Of a DNA stretch of 64,000 nt, positions 50,716 to 59,688 are shown one piece after another. Positions within the stretch are counted from its first letter, which is position 1, and the number at the start of each line of letters is the position of its first letter. The notes beneath the pieces are model-generated. The model ran no database searches. It worked only from the letters and a program-made list of their open reading frames with translations, and was not told the DNA's origin. The translations under genes and the position numbers were made by a program. The DNA lies in the sequence record PV231354.1; one strand, written 5' to 3'.

Positions 50716-51284
50716 TCGACCCGAAAGCCACGCTCGCCCAGCAGACCGAGTCGTTCCTCGGCGACGGCCGGGCGCTCGCCGAGGTCTGCCAGCGGGAGGG
50801 CACCTATAATCTCGCCGACCAGACCCTGGCCTACATCGCTGACGCCGAGGCAATCATCGAGGCCCAGCGCGCGCGGATCGTCCAGTTTCAGGAAGAGAAG
50901 CTGCGCAACTGGGGGACCAACAACGCCTACCTGCGCGTGATCCAGGAGTTCATCGCCGGCCGCGCAAACCCGCATCTCAAAGCGCTGCAAGACCTCGGCG
51001 GCATGACGATCGTCCAGGGACGGCAACTCCAGCAGACCATCGACAAGTTCAACGCTACGCTGCGTGCCGAGGGCATCTCCGGGAAAGAGTTGACCGGCAA
51101 AGGCAAGCGGCTGATGGACCTTGTCGAGTTCTTCGTCTTCCATGAACTTCATCGCGTGGCGTGGTACATCGAGAAGTTCGTCGGCCGCGACATCCATTTA
51201 GCCGTCGCCGGCCTGACGCCGGCCGACATCAAGGACCTTCCCAACCCCGACCCGCCAGCGCAGGCCCAGGAGATGCCCTCGTGA
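50712..51284 (+). CDS. hypothetical protein
   Basis: ATGA overlap. Confidence 0.7.
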   Translation: MIDPKATLAQQTESFLGDGRALAEVCQREGTYNLADQTLAYIADAEAIIEAQRARIVQFQEEKLRNWGTNNAYLRVIQEFIAGRANPHLKALQDLGGMTIVQGRQLQQTIDKFNATLRAEGISGKELTGKGKRLMDLVEFFVFHELHRVAWYIEKFVGRDIHLAVAGLTPADIKDLPNPDPPAQAQEMPS

Positions 51285-51508
51285 TCGACTACGTCTACCG
51301 CAAAGACCCGCGCGGCAGCGACTACGGCGCCCAGCGGATGGACCTGAGTGAAGCCCTGGCGGTGGTCGCGGCCGAGAAGCAGGACTTCCTCATTCGCTTG
51401 GTCGAGGTCCTGCACGAGAACAACCTCCTGCGCGACGCCGACGTGCTGGAGTTGCTCGGCAAGGGCTGGGGCCTGGAGGCCTACGACGTCCTGTACGTAG
51501 ACGATTGA
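51281..51508 (+). CDS. hypothetical protein
   Basis: GTGA overlap. Confidence 0.65.
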   Translation: MIDYVYRKDPRGSDYGAQRMDLSEALAVVAAEKQDFLIRLVEVLHENNLLRDADVLELLGKGWGLEAYDVLYVDD

Positions 51509-51549
51509 CAACACTCTCGCGCCAGCATAGAAGCCTTCTCGACGACAAC
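51505..51549 (+). promoter_or_regulatory. Early promoter with inverted element in spacer
   Basis: TTGACA-ACACTCTCGCGCCAGCA-TAGAAG, CGACGACAAC. Confidence 0.85.
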
Positions 51550-51562
51550 GAAGGAGGCTTCC

Positions 51563-51934
51563 GTGAAGCTCGCGACCCAAGACCGGACCGATCCCCGCCT
51601 GAACGCCGACTACCGCCTGATCAAGGCGGTCTTCTACTACGGCGGCCCGGCCGAGTACCCGATCCACCTGGACGAACGCTGGAGTGCGGTGACGCCGGCC
51701 CAGGTCGAGGACCAGATTTCGGTCCTCTGCCGCGACCTCGCCAAATGCGCGGGCAACACCCTGGCGCCGGCGACCTTCTACGAGCGCGCCAAGCTGAGCT
51801 TCGCCGAGGTGCCGCCGGTGTCCGACGAGTTCTGGGGCCTGATCTCCGAGACCACCAAGCAGAACATCCTCGCCCTGAAGGATCGCTTCACCGTCCACGG
51901 CAGCGGCTTCATGCTCTCGTGGGCCAAGGTCTGA
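51563..51934 (+). CDS. hypothetical protein
   Basis: GGAGG RBS. Confidence 0.72.
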   Translation: MKLATQDRTDPRLNADYRLIKAVFYYGGPAEYPIHLDERWSAVTPAQVEDQISVLCRDLAKCAGNTLAPATFYERAKLSFAEVPPVSDEFWGLISETTKQNILALKDRFTVHGSGFMLSWAKV

Positions 51935-52272
51935 TGTGCCATCTGGCTCACACCCAGGGATGCCGCGAGTGCCCGTTCAAGCGCACCGCCGCGCCCGGCT
52001 GGCTCGGCGCCGACACCCCCGAGGGCTTCCTGCGCGCGACCATGTCGGGTAGCGTCCAGATGCCCTGCCACATGACCGTCGACTACGACGCCGACGACTG
52101 GCGCGAGCAGGCGGCCGACGCGCCGTTCTGCGCCGGCGCGCTGATCTTCCTCAAGAACATCTGCAACCTGCCGCATGATCCGAAGATCGTCGCGGCCCGC
52201 GCGCAGGTCGAACCCAACCGCGAGGACTACTTCGCCCGTCCGGACGAGTTCCTGGCCCATCACGGAGGCTGA
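51934..52272 (+). CDS. Cys/His-rich hypothetical protein
   Basis: CRECPF...PCH...CAGA. Confidence 0.72.
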   Translation: MCHLAHTQGCRECPFKRTAAPGWLGADTPEGFLRATMSGSVQMPCHMTVDYDADDWREQAADAPFCAGALIFLKNICNLPHDPKIVAARAQVEPNREDYFARPDEFLAHHGG

Positions 52273-52273
52273 C

Positions 52274-52552
52274 ATGACCAAGCCCGCCCAGTACCGCGTC
52301 CGCGCCTTCACGCGCCGCCTGCCGCCCCAGCGTGGCTATCTCGACCACGACATCGTCCACATGCAGGTCCTGGAACTCAAGCGGTGGTTCGGCTGGCAGA
52401 CCATCGACGAGGAGGTCGTGCCCGACCACGTCAAGATCAGCAGCGGCGCCCTGGGCGACACCGGCGGCTGGGTCTCGAAGTTCACCAAGCTGGGGACCTT
52501 CGGCCGCGACGGCGTCTTCACCCTGCACCCGCACGTGGAGGCCAAGCTCTGA
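52274..52552 (+). CDS. hypothetical protein
   Basis: GGAGG RBS. Confidence 0.7.
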   Translation: MTKPAQYRVRAFTRRLPPQRGYLDHDIVHMQVLELKRWFGWQTIDEEVVPDHVKISSGALGDTGGWVSKFTKLGTFGRDGVFTLHPHVEAKL

Positions 52553-52974
52553 TGCGCCTGTTCCTGATCATCTTGGCGACGATCCTGTGGCTGGGCGACA
52601 CCGCCCGCGCCCAGTCCTTCCGCCTGTCCCAGCCGCTCAACTACGGCAGCGATCTCCACTACACCGAGACGCGCGACGCCTCGGCCTCACGTGATCCGCT
52701 CAAGCGGGTGATCGCCGACCTGTCGCGCTCGCCGACGGTGACGATCGAGCGGGCCTGGACCTATGCCGAACTCGCCGGCGCCCAGACCACCTGCGGCGAG
52801 ATCATCCTCAACGGCCGCCACCAGAAGTTCGTCCTCCAGCAGGGGCCGAAGACCGCCGTGATCGGCCCCGCCATGCCCACCGAGTTCTGGAGCCTGGATG
52901 TCCAGGACTACCAGTTCCGCAACGCCGGGTGCCTGCGCGACCGCGCCGCCCAGATCATCCCGCCGCGCTTCTGA
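52552..52974 (+). CDS. Secreted protein (Sec signal peptide)
   Basis: MRLFLIILATILWLGDTARA|Q; two Cys. Confidence 0.7.
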   Translation: MRLFLIILATILWLGDTARAQSFRLSQPLNYGSDLHYTETRDASASRDPLKRVIADLSRSPTVTIERAWTYAELAGAQTTCGEIILNGRHQKFVLQQGPKTAVIGPAMPTEFWSLDVQDYQFRNAGCLRDRAAQIIPPRF

Positions 52975-52977
52975 TCC

Positions 52978-53036
52978 TTGGCCGTCTTGTGTTGACAAAG
53001 GCAGGTTCGCCGGCCTAGAACGTCATCGACGACAAC
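52978..53036 (+). promoter_or_regulatory. Early promoter with upstream element and leader
   Basis: TTGGC-N6-GTG-TTGACA-N18-TAGAAC, CGACGACAAC. Confidence 0.83.
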
Positions 53037-53048
53037 AAAGGAGGCCCC

Positions 53049-53405
53049 ATGCCGCTGTATGATTTCCCGACCGGCCCGACCACGATGGAAGACATCGAAG
53101 CGTTCGTCGCCGGCGCCCAGGCGGTGGTCAACGCCCAGATGGCGAAGACCTTCCCGAACGTGAGCCCGCCGGTCCTGACGATCGAGCCGGTGCGCGCCAA
53201 CAGCCAGTTCGCCAAGATCGTGGCAAGCGACCGCGCCCAGCGCTCGGTCTGGGCGTTCGTTCGCCTGGAGAACGGCCTGATCTACAAGCCTTCCTCCTGG
53301 AAGGTCCCGGCCAAGCACGCGCGCGGCACCATCCACTCCGCTGGCCACGGCGCCGAGTACGTCGACTGGACCGGCCCGCGCTACATCAAGGACATGCGCC
53401 CGTGA
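53049..53405 (+). CDS. Phage hypothetical protein
   Basis: SVWAFV...GLIYKPSSWKVPAKHARG. Confidence 0.75.
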   Translation: MPLYDFPTGPTTMEDIEAFVAGAQAVVNAQMAKTFPNVSPPVLTIEPVRANSQFAKIVASDRAQRSVWAFVRLENGLIYKPSSWKVPAKHARGTIHSAGHGAEYVDWTGPRYIKDMRP

Positions 53406-53671
53406 GCATCTTCACCGTGATCTTGTCGCAGTACGATGAGCAGCGCGTCTACATCGTCGAAGCCGGCAACAACATCAACGCCCTGGCGCACGCCAAGCGC
53501 GTGGCGGAGTCGCACGACGAGAAGGGCTCGACCTGGAACCTCAACGTGATGTTTGTCGGCGCGTCCGACATCGCCATGAAGAGCCAGGGGCTGAAGGTCA
53601 TCGACCTGCGGGTCGACGAGACCGTCGCACCCATACGCCTGCCCACGGCCGAACGCGTCGGGGGCTGCTGA
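53402..53671 (+). CDS. hypothetical protein
   Basis: GTGA overlap. Confidence 0.65.
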   Translation: MSIFTVILSQYDEQRVYIVEAGNNINALAHAKRVAESHDEKGSTWNLNVMFVGASDIAMKSQGLKVIDLRVDETVAPIRLPTAERVGGC

Positions 53672-54213
53672 TGCCGGACCTGATCGACGCCCGCGCCATC
53701 AACGTCGACCCCTTCGCGATCGTCACCGATCGCCTGGAGGGCTCGATCACCCTGGTGCGGCTGGCCGAGGCCGGCCGCTACCGCCACGGCGGCGCGCTCC
53801 TCTACTTCCGGGGTCGCCAGATCGACACGGGTCTGAAGGGCGTCTCCTACGTCTACGATGACGAGACCAACGCCAGCCACCTCGAATACTGGGGCGGCTA
53901 CGAGGATCGCATCCTCGCCCGCTTCGCCTCCAAGGACGACGCCATGAAGGCCCTGCACGATGGGCTGGCGGCGCGCGCCGAGGTCGACATCCTGGTCAAG
54001 CAGGCCCAGGCCATGCTCCAGGCCCTGACCGACCTGCGCGACCGGCGGTTCAAGGAGACCGTCCAGGCCCAGGAACGCGACGGCGTCCAGCGCGATGGTT
54101 GCGAGGTCTGCAACGGCTCGCGCGGTGGTGTGCCCGGCAACGAGAACGTCGTCGACGGCAAGGTGGTCTGCGACTACTGCCACGTCGACATCATGGACGC
54201 GAGGAAGGGCTGA
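53671..54213 (+). CDS. hypothetical protein with C-terminal CxxC...CxxC
   Basis: CEVC...GGVPGNEN...CDYC. Confidence 0.72.
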   Translation: MPDLIDARAINVDPFAIVTDRLEGSITLVRLAEAGRYRHGGALLYFRGRQIDTGLKGVSYVYDDETNASHLEYWGGYEDRILARFASKDDAMKALHDGLAARAEVDILVKQAQAMLQALTDLRDRRFKETVQAQERDGVQRDGCEVCNGSRGGVPGNENVVDGKVVCDYCHVDIMDARKG

Positions 54214-54434
54214 TGGGCTCCTACACCTACTGCCCCAACCGCACGTGCGGCGCCGGCCTCGGGCCGCCCTCGATCCGTGAGGTCGTGGAGAACGAGCGCA
54301 AGTGCCCGCACTGCGGCGGCGACGTGCCGGTCTACGACTCCCTGGCCGACGTGCTGGAGCGCATGGAGGGCAAGATCGAGGAACTCCAGGAGGAGGTCCG
54401 CGTGCTGCGCGAAGGAGACGACCTTGGGTCTTAG
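54213..54434 (+). CDS. Small Zn-ribbon/coiled-coil protein
   Basis: CPNRTC...CPHC. Confidence 0.68.
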   Translation: MGSYTYCPNRTCGAGLGPPSIREVVENERKCPHCGGDVPVYDSLADVLERMEGKIEELQEEVRVLREGDDLGS

Positions 54435-54780
54435 AAAAATCCCGCCCGCCCATTCGTGGTTCTCGGCGATGGCCTTCCGGACGGCGTTCAAGAAGCCGGG
54501 CCACGAAGAGCGTCTCAAGCGCCTTCAGGCGGTCCAGGCCGCCCGGCTCTCGGGCTCGGAACTGCGCGACCCGCTGATGAAGAAGCTGGTGCGCGAGGGC
54601 CTCGTGCGCCTGCACCGGCCGGCCAACGCCGAGTTCTACAGGCAGTCCAAGGGCGGCTTCATGAAGCGCACCCAGGCCTTCCTTACGCCCGCTGGCGAAG
54701 CCTATCTGGCGGACCCGGCGCATCATCCCGTTCCGAAGTCGGAGCGCACCGAGAAAGCCAAAGGGGTTCGCGGCAAATGA
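54424..54780 (+). CDS. Winged-helix-like hypothetical protein
   Basis: MKKLVREGLV...FLTPAGEAYL; start uncertain. Confidence 0.6.
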   Translation: MGLRKIPPAHSWFSAMAFRTAFKKPGHEERLKRLQAVQAARLSGSELRDPLMKKLVREGLVRLHRPANAEFYRQSKGGFMKRTQAFLTPAGEAYLADPAHHPVPKSERTEKAKGVRGK

Positions 54781-55226
54781 TCAACTGGAAGGACCCCTTC
54801 GGCTTCGAAGCCCGCCGCCTCGCGCGTGAAGCGCTCTGGGCAGAGCAGGCCAAGGAGACGCGGGCGCGCAACCTCAAGCGCGCCCAGGAGACCGGCACGC
54901 ACTGCATCAAACAAGTCGCCGCCGATCGGTTCTTCGTGCTGTTGCGCGACACGAACGGGCGGTATCGGACGATCCAGCGGGACGGCAAGGTCGCGTCGCA
55001 ATACCCCTGCAACGCCCACGTCATCCGCACCCTGGAGCAGGCCAAGGACTTCGGGCGCATCGCCGAGCGCAACTTCCGCGAGGAGGTGGCCGAGGAGGTC
55101 GAGCGCCTGACCAGCCACGAGAACTTCTACCACCCGACCGAGTACGAGCCCGTGCCGGCCAAGGAGGCGCGCGCCGAGGACATCGTCTTCGTCGAGGCGG
55201 TCTCCACGTGCTGGAGCCGCCGCTGA
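54777..55226 (+). CDS. hypothetical protein
   Basis: ATGA overlap. Confidence 0.7.
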   Translation: MINWKDPFGFEARRLAREALWAEQAKETRARNLKRAQETGTHCIKQVAADRFFVLLRDTNGRYRTIQRDGKVASQYPCNAHVIRTLEQAKDFGRIAERNFREEVAEEVERLTSHENFYHPTEYEPVPAKEARAEDIVFVEAVSTCWSRR

Positions 55227-55423
55227 TGGAGACCCGCGCAGACGCCGTCCAGGCCGTCGCCAAGGCCCTCTACGAGCGTCAGTGGGCGCGCGGCGGACAA
55301 GTCGTCCCGCCGCCCTGGGAGACCTTGCCGCCTCGGTTCAAAACGCCGTTCCTGGAGACGGCCGAGCTTTGCGTCGACATCATCATCGAACACGTCAGGA
55401 ACACCAGCCATGAACCGTCGTAA
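55226..55423 (+). CDS. hypothetical protein
   Basis: TGATG coupling. Confidence 0.62.
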   Translation: METRADAVQAVAKALYERQWARGGQVVPPPWETLPPRFKTPFLETAELCVDIIIEHVRNTSHEPS

Positions 55424-56051
55424 TCTCCTGCTGGGCGCCGGCGCGGCCGTCATCGCCGCCGGGGTCGCCCAGGCCCAACCGGTCCACGTGTCGGAGGTCA
55501 AGCCGACGGCCTATTCGTGGTACTCCAGCTACGAGACGGGCATCCGCCAGCGCGACACCCACGACACCCGCTACACGATCCGCTGGGAGCAGGGCGCGAT
55601 GCAGCACCCGCATGCCGCGCTCGTCAGGAAGTGGGTCCGCGAGACCATCGACAGCGGCTACCTCTACTGCTTCGGCGACATCCACTGGATGGATCGCAAG
55701 GTCCGCCTGGAAGACGTCCACATCGTCATCCGGCCGGGCAAGAAGGTCTGGAACCACGTCACCGGCTACACCGACGAGGAGGGCCTCCAGATCGAGGTCA
55801 ACGAGGCTGGTGCGGTCTTCGCGCCGTTCGGCCTCGCCTCGACCCATGGCCTGACCTACGTCCGCGAGTCGATGCGCGACACCTACTATGTCCGCAAGCC
55901 GTACCTGCGCTACGACGAGGAGCGCGAGCTTCGCTTCGCCCTGGGCGACGACCCGCAAGGCTACCGCGCGCCGAACTCCAAGGTCGGCTTTGACGACCGG
56001 ATGTGGACCGAGGTCCTGAAGGACCTGGAAGCCAAGAAGGCCCAGGCCTGA
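55410..56051 (+). CDS. Protein with twin-arginine (Tat)-like signal peptide
   Basis: MNRRNLLLGAGAAVIAAGVAQA|Q. Confidence 0.7.
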   Translation: MNRRNLLLGAGAAVIAAGVAQAQPVHVSEVKPTAYSWYSSYETGIRQRDTHDTRYTIRWEQGAMQHPHAALVRKWVRETIDSGYLYCFGDIHWMDRKVRLEDVHIVIRPGKKVWNHVTGYTDEEGLQIEVNEAGAVFAPFGLASTHGLTYVRESMRDTYYVRKPYLRYDEERELRFALGDDPQGYRAPNSKVGFDDRMWTEVLKDLEAKKAQA

Positions 56052-56548
56052 TGATCCGCTCCCGCAACGAGCCGCCCGAGGTCACCGCCGGCAAGATGCA
56101 GGAGCGGTGGGCCGCCCAGAGAGCGAGCATCCATGGGATGCTCTGCCTACCACACACCCTGAACGCCAACTGGCAGCAGGTCAGCGCGATGATCTGGGCG
56201 CACTGCGACGGGCGGGTGGTCGGCGAGTGGCAGGACCGCCCGGTGCCGGGTTGGACAGCCGAGCATATCCAGGCGCCGTTCGACATCTGCATGGTTCAGG
56301 ACCCGAACGCCAAGACCCTCCAGGACGCCGATCTGGCGCTGCGGATGATCACCACCCTCCTGCCCGACGCGGCCCTTGAGATCAAGAAGTGCAAGGGGCG
56401 GGACGGCGAGTGGGAGACGCTGATTGACACCCGTTGCGCCCAGGTCGCCAAGCATCGGGGGATGATCTGGGGCTTTGGTCCTGGCATCGCCCTGGCGACG
56501 TGGCGCGCCTACTTCAGCTACCTTCAGAAGGAGCCCACCTATGACTGA
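56051..56548 (+). CDS. hypothetical protein
   Basis: TGATG coupling. Confidence 0.68.
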   Translation: MIRSRNEPPEVTAGKMQERWAAQRASIHGMLCLPHTLNANWQQVSAMIWAHCDGRVVGEWQDRPVPGWTAEHIQAPFDICMVQDPNAKTLQDADLALRMITTLLPDAALEIKKCKGRDGEWETLIDTRCAQVAKHRGMIWGFGPGIALATWRAYFSYLQKEPTYD

Positions 56549-56762
56549 CATCTTCGACGAGGTCGAGCGCCGGCTGAACCGCAAGCGTCCGACCTTCTGG
56601 CTTCACCGGATCGCGATCGTGATCATCGTCGTCATCGGCCTGCTGGTCGTCGCCGGCGCCGCCATCCAGGTCTTCAATCCGACCCTGGCGACCCAGTGGC
56701 AAGCTCGTCAGGACGCGGCCTACGACCGCGCCTACGAGGAAGCCCGGCGGCGGGGCGAGTAA
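56541..56762 (+). CDS. Small membrane protein
   Basis: Single transmembrane helix; AAGGAG RBS. Confidence 0.7.
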   Translation: MTDIFDEVERRLNRKRPTFWLHRIAIVIIVVIGLLVVAGAAIQVFNPTLATQWQARQDAAYDRAYEEARRRGE

Positions 56763-57244
56763 TGGCCGGCCCGCAGTACAACTGGGAGCCGGCTTCGACC
56801 GCCGACGGCGTCAAGCTGACCGAGCACGTGATCCGGGGCGAGATCGTCCCGATCTGCGTCGGCGCGTCGCTGCACGCGATCGAGATGCACGCCATCATGG
56901 GCGAGCGGCTCTACCGGGCCTTTGGGACCATGTCCGGCGACGCCGACTGGACCCAGGCCGAGATCGGGACGCCCCAGACCCATCCGCTCGACGGGCAGGA
57001 CCTCAACGCGCTGGATTACCACACCAGGGTCCGCGAGGAGTACCGCCGCGACATCGCCACGGCCGGCGGCCGGCACCTGATGATCTGCCGCAAGACCGAC
57101 GATCTCCAGGAACTGCTCGCCCTGATCCCGATGGACCTGCGACGGCGTCACGAGATGGCCAACCTGATCACCCTGGTGGCGCGGATGCTGCTCATCGAGA
57201 ACACGCCGCGCACGCTCTCCGACTCCAAACTGAAGCGCTTCTGA
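56762..57244 (+). CDS. hypothetical protein
   Basis: TAATG coupling. Confidence 0.7.
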   Translation: MAGPQYNWEPASTADGVKLTEHVIRGEIVPICVGASLHAIEMHAIMGERLYRAFGTMSGDADWTQAEIGTPQTHPLDGQDLNALDYHTRVREEYRRDIATAGGRHLMICRKTDDLQELLALIPMDLRRRHEMANLITLVARMLLIENTPRTLSDSKLKRF

Positions 57245-57245
57245 C

Positions 57246-57785
57246 ATGATCTCCAACCGCCTCGACTTCACCAGCAACGATCTCTGGCCGCCCAAGGTCG
57301 ACTACGAGATGAAGAAGCTGCGCTACGACACCGCGCTCGACGCGCTGGAGATCGTCCATCCCAAGAACCGCCTGGGCAACCGGGTCGACGTCTCCCACAT
57401 CTGCTCCTACCTGATGAACGGCCGCGTCAAGGGCGTGCTCGACCACATCGCCAGCACCGGCGTCGAGGACCCGCGCGAGCAGACCTTCAAAATCCTGCGC
57501 ATCCTGGAGAGCCAGGAGTTCGTCACCAATGACGGTGGCGATTGGTCGCTGACCGCCACGGGCGCGATCTGGCATCTGGTCGCTGACAACCACCCTTCCG
57601 GCTGGGCCGAACTGGGCGCCCTGCTCCAGGACATCCGCCTGCAATGGTGGTCGCGCGCCGCGATCACCAAGGCCATCCAGGAAACCCGCTATTTTTCGCT
57701 GCGTCCGGGGCATGATGTGCTGAGCGTCGCCTTTGATCTCACGGCGCTTCAACAGCCGCTCGACGGGTGGAACGGATGGCGCTGA
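57246..57785 (+). CDS. hypothetical protein (winged-helix-like segment)
   Basis: KILRILESQEFV...WSLTATG. Confidence 0.68.
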   Translation: MISNRLDFTSNDLWPPKVDYEMKKLRYDTALDALEIVHPKNRLGNRVDVSHICSYLMNGRVKGVLDHIASTGVEDPREQTFKILRILESQEFVTNDGGDWSLTATGAIWHLVADNHPSGWAELGALLQDIRLQWWSRAAITKAIQETRYFSLRPGHDVLSVAFDLTALQQPLDGWNGWR

Positions 57786-58315
57786 GCGAGGAGGCCTGGG
57801 ACAGCCTGATCCTCGACCTGCGCAACGCTGTCGAGGCCGAGGATCGCGAGGCCTGGGACGAGGCGATCCAGGCCCTGGAGAACGCCTTCGACGAGCATGT
57901 CGACGGCCCGCTGGAGACCCACCCCAACACCCTGGCCTGGAAGAAGAGCGCCGACGAACGCAAGCGCTTCCTGGCGGGCTGGTCGTACTGGGGTAGCGGC
58001 GCCCGCGATGTGCCGGCCGAGTACAAGGGCGACATGATCTTCAATCGGGGCCGCAGCGCCGCCGCCACCGCCCAGGACATGAGCGGCCTGCACCGGACCC
58101 TGGCGTCCTGCAAGCATCCGCAGTCCTACCGGATCGAAGGCGGCGACAATCTCCACCTGCCGCGCTACCCGGCGGTCTATGGCTCCTACGAGGTCCACAT
58201 CTGCCGCCTCTGTCGCGGGTGGAAGACGATCGGCCACGGCGAGCGCCAATGGCACGAGGGGCCGTATTTCGACGCCTACGAGAAGGCGATGCGTGAGGAA
58301 GAGGAGCGCTGCTGA
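57776..58315 (+). CDS. hypothetical protein
   Basis: Coupled ORF; C...H...CxxC. Confidence 0.68.
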   Translation: MALSEEAWDSLILDLRNAVEAEDREAWDEAIQALENAFDEHVDGPLETHPNTLAWKKSADERKRFLAGWSYWGSGARDVPAEYKGDMIFNRGRSAAATAQDMSGLHRTLASCKHPQSYRIEGGDNLHLPRYPAVYGSYEVHICRLCRGWKTIGHGERQWHEGPYFDAYEKAMREEEERC

Positions 58316-59007
58316 TGCTCTACGTGTTCGGGGACATCCACGGCCGCATGGACCTGCTGGAGAAAGCGCGCCACGTCATCCGTGTACGCGGCGACGCCAC
58401 CCGCCTGATCTTCCTGGGCGACTATGTCGATCGCGGTCCGCAGAGCCGCGAGGTGGTCGAGGCCGTGATGGAGCTTCACCGCCAGGGCGAGATCGCCCTC
58501 AAAGGCAACCACGAGCAGATGATGGTCGATAGCTGGCGGATCGCCAACTACGGCGCGCTCTCCAAGATGTGGGTCAGCAATGGCGGCAAGCAGACCCTGA
58601 AGTCCTACGGCGCCGGCGACAACGCCTGGAACGCCCAGTGGGACATGATCCCCCAGGAGCATATCGACTGGATGGACGGCCTGCCGACCATGCACGTCGC
58701 GCCCGGCCGGGTCTTCGTGCATGCCGGGCTGATGCCGGGCATCCCGCTTGATCAGCAGGACGAGGAGTGGACCCTGTGGATCAGAGACCGCTTCCTGCTG
58801 GGCAAGCCGGGCGACTTCACCCACCACGTGATCCACGGCCACACCCACACCGTGCCGGTCTTCAAGGAGGAGCCGTCCGAGCCGGAGCTTCTGCCCCACC
58901 GGACCAACCTCGACACCGGCGCGTTCTTCACCGGCGTCCTGGGCGTGGGCGTTTTCGATCCGAACGAGACCGCCGGCCCGGTCGAGGTGCTCAAGATCAC
59001 GGTGTGA
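58315..59007 (+). CDS. Calcineurin-like Ser/Thr protein phosphatase (lambda NinI/PPP type)
   Basis: GDIHG, GDYVDRG, GNHE, HAG, HGHT, DTG. Confidence 0.93.
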   Translation: MLYVFGDIHGRMDLLEKARHVIRVRGDATRLIFLGDYVDRGPQSREVVEAVMELHRQGEIALKGNHEQMMVDSWRIANYGALSKMWVSNGGKQTLKSYGAGDNAWNAQWDMIPQEHIDWMDGLPTMHVAPGRVFVHAGLMPGIPLDQQDEEWTLWIRDRFLLGKPGDFTHHVIHGHTHTVPVFKEEPSEPELLPHRTNLDTGAFFTGVLGVGVFDPNETAGPVEVLKITV

Positions 59008-59009
59008 CG

Positions 59010-59624
59010 ATGTCGTTTCTGGACCGCATGCGCGAGTACATCACGGCCGACCTGAAGATCGTGGAGCACCTCACCCGCCGGTTCAGCCGGAAGCCGGAGG
59101 AGCCCGTGACCGGGATCGCGCCCCAGCCGATGACGCCGAACTGGGGCAACGTTCTTCCGCAATTGCCTCAGGCCGGCGTCGGCGGTGGTGGTGGGGCATC
59201 GCACTTCTACTACCCCGGCGTCGGCGGTGGTGGCGGCTATGTGAGTGGCGGCTCCGGCGGTGGGGCCAGCGGCACATCGGGGCAGGTCCTGGCCTACGAC
59301 GGCCAGAACGCGGCCTGGAGGCCCGCCCCAGTCCCCACGAAGGTGAAGGCCAACAAGCCGGCGGGGAGCTTCAAGGACCTCAACGCGACCGAGGAGGCGG
59401 TGGTCCACAATGTTGCCCAGTACGAGGGGACAGAACTCGTGCGCGAGAAGGACGGGATGTTCTCCTATTGTCGCAACGGCGTGGCCCTGGCCCAGGACCG
59501 CGTCCGCTCCCGCACGGTCAACGTGTTGATCAAAAAGAAGTTTCTGGACGTGATCGAGTTCGGGGAGCGCGGCGAGGCCCTGGTCTGCGGGCTCGACTCC
59601 AACATCATGGTCCACGGCCGCTAG
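59010..59624 (+). CDS. hypothetical protein with Gly-rich linker
   Basis: Start MSFLDR; (A/P)GVGGGG repeated twice. Confidence 0.68.
   Translation: MSFLDRMREYITADLKIVEHLTRRFSRKPEEPVTGIAPQPMTPNWGNVLPQLPQAGVGGGGGASHFYYPGVGGGGGYVSGGSGGGASGTSGQVLAYDGQNAAWRPAPVPTKVKANKPAGSFKDLNATEEAVVHNVAQYEGTELVREKDGMFSYCRNGVALAQDRVRSRTVNVLIKKKFLDVIEFGERGEALVCGLDSNIMVHGR
59173..59233 (+). repeat. 19-nt direct repeat (2 copies)
   Basis: CCGGCGTCGGCGGTGGTGG at 59173 and 59215. Confidence 0.7.
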
Positions 59625-59631
59625 AAAGTGT

Positions 59632-59684
59632 TTGACAACACTCTCACGCCAACATAGAACCCTCCTCGACGACAACGAGGAGGG
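59632..59684 (+). promoter_or_regulatory. Early promoter with inverted element in spacer and 9-bp anti-SD repeat
   Basis: TTGACA-ACACTCTCACGCCAACA-TAGAAC; CCCTCCTCG-ACGACAA-CGAGGAGGG. Confidence 0.87.
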
Positions 59685-59688
59685 CCGC

